NCBI RefSeq assembly: GCF_000354175.2
Contig: NC_022349.1
Span: 3,300,001 to 3,332,000, forward strand
From: Vibrio alginolyticus NBRC 15630 = ATCC 17749
GTDB lineage: Bacteria > Pseudomonadota > Gammaproteobacteria > Enterobacterales > Vibrionaceae
Length of the DNA: 32,000 nt
Reading direction: 5' to 3'
Shown in pieces: positions 27,349 through 32,000 of the stretch (positions are counted from its first letter, which is position 1; each line of letters begins with the position of its first letter). The position numbers were made by a program, and so were the translations under genes. The notes beneath the pieces are model-generated. The model had not been told where the DNA came from and did no database searches. It saw only the letters and a list, made by a program, of their open reading frames with translations.

Positions 27349-29208
27349 ATGATGGATCGACTACGCGAAGGCGTGAATAGCATCGCGGTCAAAATTATCC
27401 TTGGACTTATCATCCTGTCTTTCGTATTTGCAGGTGTAGGTAGCTACATCGTTGGTGGTAGCAACAACTCTGCAGCGAAAGTCGGTAACACTGAGATTCC
27501 TCGTGGTGAGTTCGAGATGGCATACCAAAATGAGCGTAACCGTATGCAAGCTCAGTTGGGTGACTACTTCTCTCAAATGCTGGCTGACCCTGCATATGTT
27601 GAATCTTTCCGCAAATCCGTTTTAGATCGAATGATCAATGACGTGTTGCTTGACCAACAAGCTGAAGCTTTGGGTCTGCGAATCAGCGACACTCAAGTGC
27701 GTAGCATGATTCTAGACATGCCTCAGTTCCAATCTAATGGTCAGTTTGATCAAGAGATCTATCAAGCCTCTTTGCGTCGTGCAGGCTTTTCGCCAGACTC
27801 TTTTGCTGAGTACATGCGTCGTGAATTGGTTCGTGAGCAACTGCTGAATGCGCTACAAAACAGTGAATTTATTCTGCCGGGTGAAGTACAAGCAGAAGGC
27901 AAGCTGTTCACTCAAACTCGTGATATTCGCACGATTCAGATCGACTTAGCGGAGTTTGCGAAAAATATTGAATTGACCGACGAAGAAATTCAAGAGTACT
28001 ACAAAGCAAACCCAGACAACTTTACACGCCCAGAGCAGGTTAAAGTCTCTTACATCGAACTGTCAGCTGAAGCGCTAAAGGAACAAGTTAATGTTTCTGA
28101 TGCTGAGGTGAAAAAGTACTACGACGAGCACTTAAACAAATACTCTTCAGAAGAGCAACGCCGTGTCGCTCACATTCTTGTAGAAGGGGACGATGAAGCA
28201 AAAGCGCAAGCTATCCTAGGTGAGCTAAACGCGGGTGCAGATTTTGCGACGCTTGCTCAAGAGAAATCTGACGATTTTGGCAGCGCTGAAAACGGTGGTG
28301 ACCTAGGTTGGATTGAGCGTGATGTGATGGACCCTGCTTTTGAAGAAGCGGCATTCGCACTGAAGAATCCTGGCGATACGTCGGGTCTAGTAAAGTCGGA
28401 CTTTGGCTATCACATTATCAAGCTTGAAGAGCTAAAAGATTCTGTGGCGAAGCCATTTGAAGAAGTCGCTGCTGAAATCAAACAAGAGATGGTTGACCAA
28501 CAAGCGATCGATCAATTCTACGAGTTGCAAAATGAGCTTGAGCGCGTAGCGTTTGAATACCCAGACTCATTGTATGATGCTTCTCAAGCGGTTAACCAAG
28601 AAGTGAAGACAACGGACTTTATTTCTCAGGTTGATGCACCTGAAGTGCTTCGTAGCCCTGCGGTAATGCAAGCTATCCTAAGTCCTGAAGTTAAAGAAGA
28701 TGGCCTAAACTCTGAAGCTATCGAAGTTGCGCCTGAGCATATTATCGTTGTTCGTGTTGAAGATGCGCGTGACGAGACAGTTCTTCCATTAGAAGAAGTG
28801 AAAGATCAGGTTGTTGCAGAGCTATCTCGTGTTAAAGGTGAGCAAGAAGCGATGGAACTTGGAACACAAGTCGTTGCGGCATTGAAAGAAGGTAAGACGA
28901 ACGTGCTTGCTGAAAACAATCTTGCCTTTGGTGAACAAGAGACAGTAGATCGTCGTTCTCCGTTGGCAACAACGGTATTCGCGATGTCAAAACCAGTCGA
29001 TGGTAAACCAGTATACGGTCAGTCTAAAGATCTTGAAGGTAACATCATTATCATCGAGCTTGATGCTGTAAACGCAGAGCTAGATAGTGAGTTAGAAGAT
29101 CAAGTTGCGATGCAAATGCAGCGTGCATCTTCTCAGCAAGATTTATCATCTGTACTAGCCGTACTGCGTGCAAATACTGACATTGAGTACTTTGTTGTGA
29201 GCAACTAA
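27349..29208 (+). CDS. ppiD: periplasmic chaperone / peptidyl-prolyl isomerase PpiD
   Basis: 619 aa with an N-terminal membrane anchor (IILGLIILSFVFAGVG) and a parvulin domain (GGDLGW...SDFGYHIIK). It occupies the conserved position after hupB. Confidence 0.93.
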   Translation: MMDRLREGVNSIAVKIILGLIILSFVFAGVGSYIVGGSNNSAAKVGNTEIPRGEFEMAYQNERNRMQAQLGDYFSQMLADPAYVESFRKSVLDRMINDVLLDQQAEALGLRISDTQVRSMILDMPQFQSNGQFDQEIYQASLRRAGFSPDSFAEYMRRELVREQLLNALQNSEFILPGEVQAEGKLFTQTRDIRTIQIDLAEFAKNIELTDEEIQEYYKANPDNFTRPEQVKVSYIELSAEALKEQVNVSDAEVKKYYDEHLNKYSSEEQRRVAHILVEGDDEAKAQAILGELNAGADFATLAQEKSDDFGSAENGGDLGWIERDVMDPAFEEAAFALKNPGDTSGLVKSDFGYHIIKLEELKDSVAKPFEEVAAEIKQEMVDQQAIDQFYELQNELERVAFEYPDSLYDASQAVNQEVKTTDFISQVDAPEVLRSPAVMQAILSPEVKEDGLNSEAIEVAPEHIIVVRVEDARDETVLPLEEVKDQVVAELSRVKGEQEAMELGTQVVAALKEGKTNVLAENNLAFGEQETVDRRSPLATTVFAMSKPVDGKPVYGQSKDLEGNIIIIELDAVNAELDSELEDQVAMQMQRASSQQDLSSVLAVLRANTDIEYFVVSN

Positions 29209-29237
29209 GCACAATTAGTGTAATTTGTATGTTGAAT

Positions 29238-29271
29238 AAAACGGACCGCATAAGCGGTCCGTTTTATTTTT
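29238..29271 (+). terminator. rho-independent terminator after ppiD
   Basis: Perfect 12-bp stem AAAACGGACCGC/GCGGTCCGTTTT with loop ATAA, followed by a T-rich tail. Confidence 0.9.
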
Positions 29272-29454
29272 GTCTTTATGAACTTCAATCATCAATAGGC
29301 ATTACTTAAATTAGTGCGCGTTTAAGTGATAGCGGCCGTTGTGAATTCCGGGTCATCTCAGTTTGTTAAATGCATAACCATATTGCTTTCCATTGCAAAC
29401 TTGATAGTGACTCGCTCTCGACGACTGTTTTTAGCCTACTATTTTGGAGATTGT

Positions 29455-29748
29455 ATGTTCAATATGAAATGGATTTTGACATTGTGCTTATTTGTTTTTG
29501 CACCTTTTAGCATGGCTGCGGATTCAGCCACTGACAAATATGAAGGAATTGAAATTACTGTAAATATCAACACGGCCACTGCTGAAGAAATTGCGACCAT
29601 GTTGAAAGGTATAGGTGAGAAGAAAGCGCAGAGTATAGTGGACTACCGCGAGGAACATGGCCCTTTTAAAACGGCAGCAGATTTGAAGAGCGTAAAAGGC
29701 ATAGGTGAAGCGACAGTTAAGAAAAACGAAGACCGCATTTTACTGTAG
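29455..29748 (+). CDS. comEA: competence protein ComEA (periplasmic helix-hairpin-helix DNA-binding protein)
   Basis: GGAGA lies 4 nt before the ATG at 29455. The signal peptide is MFNMKWILTLCLFVFAPFSMA. HhH motifs are present (INTATAEEIATMLKGIGEKKAQSIV, LKSVKGIGEATV). The track start at 29326 is an extension. Confidence 0.85.
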   Translation: MFNMKWILTLCLFVFAPFSMAADSATDKYEGIEITVNINTATAEEIATMLKGIGEKKAQSIVDYREEHGPFKTAADLKSVKGIGEATVKKNEDRILL

Positions 29749-29760
29749 CTTGATGTATTG

Positions 29761-29793
29761 CAGATATTGAGTCTGAATTCAGAACAATATCTG
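29761..29793 (+). terminator. long hairpin after comEA
   Basis: The outer stem CAGATATTG/CAATATCTG encloses the palindrome TCTGAATTCAGA, followed by TTT. Confidence 0.55.
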
Positions 29794-29810
29794 TTTCCCT
29801 ATTACTGCTT

Positions 29811-29848
29811 TCCCGAACCAGCCCCTCTTTCGTGGTTCGGGATTTTTT
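29811..29848 (+). terminator. second hairpin plus T6, overlapping the rhombosortase stop codon
   Basis: Stem TCCCGAACCA/TGGTTCGGGA (10 bp) with a 12-nt loop, followed by TTTTTT on the plus strand. Confidence 0.65.
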
Positions 29849-30398
29849 ATCCGAATAAACGACGGCGAAGGCCTTTTTCCAGTAAAGCCATTACTAACCC
29901 ACCGAGTGCGCCAAACATATGAGCATCAATAGCAACGTTTGCACCGATAAGCTCAGCAGTACTGCTGGATGGGCCATAGACCTGCTCCCATGCTACTTTG
30001 GCGATTAGCCCTCCGACTAACAACACACTGCTTCTTCTGCTTTCAAAGACTTCTCTGAGCGCCCAAAATCCAAACAATCCGTGTAATACGCCGGATAAAC
30101 CCACGTATACCGACATGTTGGTAAACAAATTCAGCGCACCAACACATGCACATAAGATTGAAAAAACGATAAGGAAGTTACGAGTGCTTGGGCGAAAAAT
30201 AAAAGTAATGATCCACAATCCGGCGAGGTTCATTCCTAAGTGCGCAAAGTTGGTATGTGTGAGATTTCCTGTTACGATTCGCCACCATTCACCATGGCGT
30301 ATATTGTAGCTGTGCCACTCGGTTAGGCTTGCCATTGGTTCAAATTGAAGTATCAAACAGATCACGCTGATAATACTCAGCAAGGTATAAAGGTTCAC
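29847..30398 (-). CDS. rrtA: rhombosortase (rhomboid-family intramembrane serine protease dedicated to GlyGly-CTERM proteins)
   Basis: Signature GEWWRIVTGNLTHTNFAHLGMNLAGL, catalytic Ser in GLSGVLHG and His in AIDAHMFGALGG, with ~6 TM segments. The start is uncertain. I favour GTG at 30398 (183 aa, just before TM1) over ATG at 30518, which would overlap tapT by 117 bp. Confidence 0.8.
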   Translation of the reverse strand: MNLYTLLSIISVICLILQFEPMASLTEWHSYNIRHGEWWRIVTGNLTHTNFAHLGMNLAGLWIITFIFRPSTRNFLIVFSILCACVGALNLFTNMSVYVGLSGVLHGLFGFWALREVFESRRSSVLLVGGLIAKVAWEQVYGPSSSTAELIGANVAIDAHMFGALGGLVMALLEKGLRRRLFG

Positions 30399-30401
30399 TC
30401 T

Positions 30402-31016
30402 ATGTCTCGTTATTGTTCTCGTTGTGGAAAATCGCAAAAAGCGTGTATTTGCCAATGGATTGTACCGCTGGCAAGCGAGGTAGAACTTATCATTCTTCAG
30501 CACACGAGTGAAGAACATCGTCCGCTTGGTACGGCACGGATTCTCAATTTGAGTTTAGATAACTGTATTTGTTTGATAGGAGAGGACTTTTCTTGTGATG
30601 ATGTCTTAAATCACTTATTAGCGGATAAGTCATATCAACATTTTGTTCTTTACCCATCAGAAGAGTCACGATGCATTTCTGAAATCACTCAAGCGAGTCA
30701 TAGTGTATCTAAGAAAATACGTTTGATTTTGCTCGATGGTACGTGGAAAAAAGCGTACAAAATGTGGCAACTCTCAAGCAACTTACATTCATTCCCAACC
30801 GTGCAGTTGCCTAAGCAACTACAAGGGCACTACACCATTCGTAAGGCGCCCTCTGAGAATAGCTTATCGACAGTCGAGGCTGGTTATCATTCGCTTCGCT
30901 TGCTTGAACCCGAGCGAGACTTTACACCGCTGATGCGTGCCTTTGAAAAGATGATCGAATTCCAAATCGCCCAGATGCCTCCGGGCGTTTTTGAAAAGAA
31001 TTACTTGAAAGGTTGA
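30402..31016 (+). CDS. tapT: DTW-domain protein, tRNA-uridine aminocarboxypropyltransferase (YfiP/TapT family)
   Basis: An N-terminal Cys cluster (CSRCGKSQKACIC) and the DTW motif (LLDGTWKKA) are present. I prefer the ATG at 30402 (AAGG upstream) to the TTG at 30345. Confidence 0.75.
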   Translation: MSRYCSRCGKSQKACICQWIVPLASEVELIILQHTSEEHRPLGTARILNLSLDNCICLIGEDFSCDDVLNHLLADKSYQHFVLYPSEESRCISEITQASHSVSKKIRLILLDGTWKKAYKMWQLSSNLHSFPTVQLPKQLQGHYTIRKAPSENSLSTVEAGYHSLRLLEPERDFTPLMRAFEKMIEFQIAQMPPGVFEKNYLKG

Positions 31017-31022
31017 GTGTTA

Positions 31023-32000
31023 CTAAAGAACGATGGAAGAGAAAAGTTGGCGGTGTAGCTTTTGCGCGTGACCATCGGTCATTGCAGAAATATAATCGGC
31101 GATGACCCTCATCTTATTGCTCTCGCTCTTCGCCTGACACCACAGATCTTTTGTATGAACGGGTAGTAATCGCTCTGGGTCTGCTGTTAACGCTTCAAAA
31201 ATATCCATAATAATTTGCTGACCCTTATACTCAACGATCTGGACCTGCGGGACTTGGATAACGAAGGTGCTGACAAAGTGCTTGAGTACGTCAAGTGCAC
31301 GTGCCATCTGTGGTTCTAAACACGCATTCCAAGACAGTAACGGGTTATTAAACGGCTCATCCACCGCTTTGATTGAAATGCTGGTCAGTAGCGCGTTAAC
31401 CATACCACCGATGGCATCTTTCCGCTCATGGTGCTTACCGCTAAATAGCATCTGTCCGATGGAATCGATATGAGCTTCAAACCACGGGTCGCCACAGTCC
31501 ACTAATTGACTTGCTGCGCCTTCTTGCCATTGCTGACGTGTCACCATACCAAGTACGATTGCATCTTCTAAATCATGAACACCGTAGGCGATATCATCTG
31601 CTAACTCCATGATTGAGCAATCGAGTGATTTAAAACGCGTTTTACTGTGCTCAAACTCCGATTCTGGCGTTGAACGCATCAGACTAAGCAATGCCTTGTC
31701 GTTGTCAGAAAGCGGTGCAATTACCCAATCAAATAAGTCTTTATCACAATCATAAATGCCTTTAGCTGGGCTCCAATCTTTTGCTTTTAGTTTACGTTGA
31801 TGCTCGGCTGGTTGAGGCAACTTGACGGAGCGTGTTTGACTAATGAGGGCAGGGTACTTAATCAAACCAAGCAGTGTGCGGCGTGATAAATTCATTCCGA
31901 AATGCTCGGTATAAGGCTCTAACTTAGTGACGATACGAAAGGTTTGGGCGTTCCCCTCGAAGCCGCCATGTTCGCGCATTACGTAGTTTAGAGCGACTTC
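31023..32000 (-). CDS. dGTPase-like deoxynucleoside triphosphate triphosphohydrolase (HD superfamily); C-terminal ~325 aa, N-terminus beyond the right edge
   Basis: The reading frame stays open to nt 32000 (…EVALNYVMREHGGFEGNAQTFRIVTKLE…). The GGFEGNAQ and DDIAYGVHDLEDA blocks are characteristic of Dgt-family enzymes. Confidence 0.8.
   Translation of the reverse strand, partial: EVALNYVMREHGGFEGNAQTFRIVTKLEPYTEHFGMNLSRRTLLGLIKYPALISQTRSVKLPQPAEHQRKLKAKDWSPAKGIYDCDKDLFDWVIAPLSDNDKALLSLMRSTPESEFEHSKTRFKSLDCSIMELADDIAYGVHDLEDAIVLGMVTRQQWQEGAASQLVDCGDPWFEAHIDSIGQMLFSGKHHERKDAIGGMVNALLTSISIKAVDEPFNNPLLSWNACLEPQMARALDVLKHFVSTFVIQVPQVQIVEYKGQQIIMDIFEALTADPERLLPVHTKDLWCQAKSESNKMRVIADYISAMTDGHAQKLHRQLFSSIVL

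Noticed and set aside
29272-29454. CRP-S/competence (TGCGA-N6-TCGCA) or canonical CRP site upstream of comEA
   Set aside because: Only partial half-sites are present (for example TGTGA-N6-GGTCA and ATTGC...ATTGC direct repeats). No register gave a convincing match.
225-30518. ORF-track N-terminal extensions at 225, 11992, 13695, 18576, 29326, 30345 and possibly 30518
   Set aside because: In each case a downstream start has a better SD, begins exactly at a signal peptide or domain boundary, or avoids overlap with the neighbouring gene. The extended versions add non-conserved-looking residues.
31023-32000. dGTPase-like gene as an anti-phage dNTP-depletion defence
   Set aside because: Dgt-family enzymes can act in defence, but this copy is partial and sits among core genes (tapT, rrtA). 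No neighbouring defence or mobile hallmarks are present, so I cannot support a defence role from this window.

Overview
The window reads as a core chromosomal segment of a Vibrio-type gammaproteobacterium. That assignment is a judgement from gene content, synteny and codon usage, with no search run. No rRNA, tRNA, CRISPR array, integrase, transposase, reverse transcriptase or toxin-antitoxin pair was found, and I see no convincing multi-gene system of unknown function.

Gene order, left to right:
- Tailoring edge of an aryl-polyene/xanthomonadin-type lipid-pigment cluster: a KS-like gene running off the left edge, a lipoprotein, a methyltransferase and a flavin-dependent halogenase.
- An orphan lysozyme-like (SLT) gene, then a DEAD-box RNA helicase and ktrAB (K+ uptake).
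- A 1004-aa secreted M6 metalloprotease with cadherin/PKD-like repeats and a GlyGly-CTERM-like tail.
- An uncharacterised polytopic membrane protein, then selO.
- The C4-dicarboxylate TRAP locus dctPQM with a sigma-54 promoter, facing a convergent dctB-dctD two-component pair.
- The block tig-clpP-clpX-lon-hupB-ppiD-comEA, in the order I recall for E. coli (ybaV in the comEA position).
- Rhombosortase, a DTW-domain tRNA-modification gene and a partial dGTPase-like gene.

The items most worth a second look are all modest:
- the halogenase/methyltransferase pair
- the leaderless SLT-domain orphan
- a terminator-like hairpin inside the ktrA leader
- the M6 protease tail and the rhombosortase encoded 19 kb away
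- a 65-codon Arg-rich ORF between dctD and the shared terminator
- the 526-bp dctB/tig intergenic region
- the head-to-head rrtA/tapT starts

All family calls come from motif recognition by eye. No HMM or BLAST search was run.
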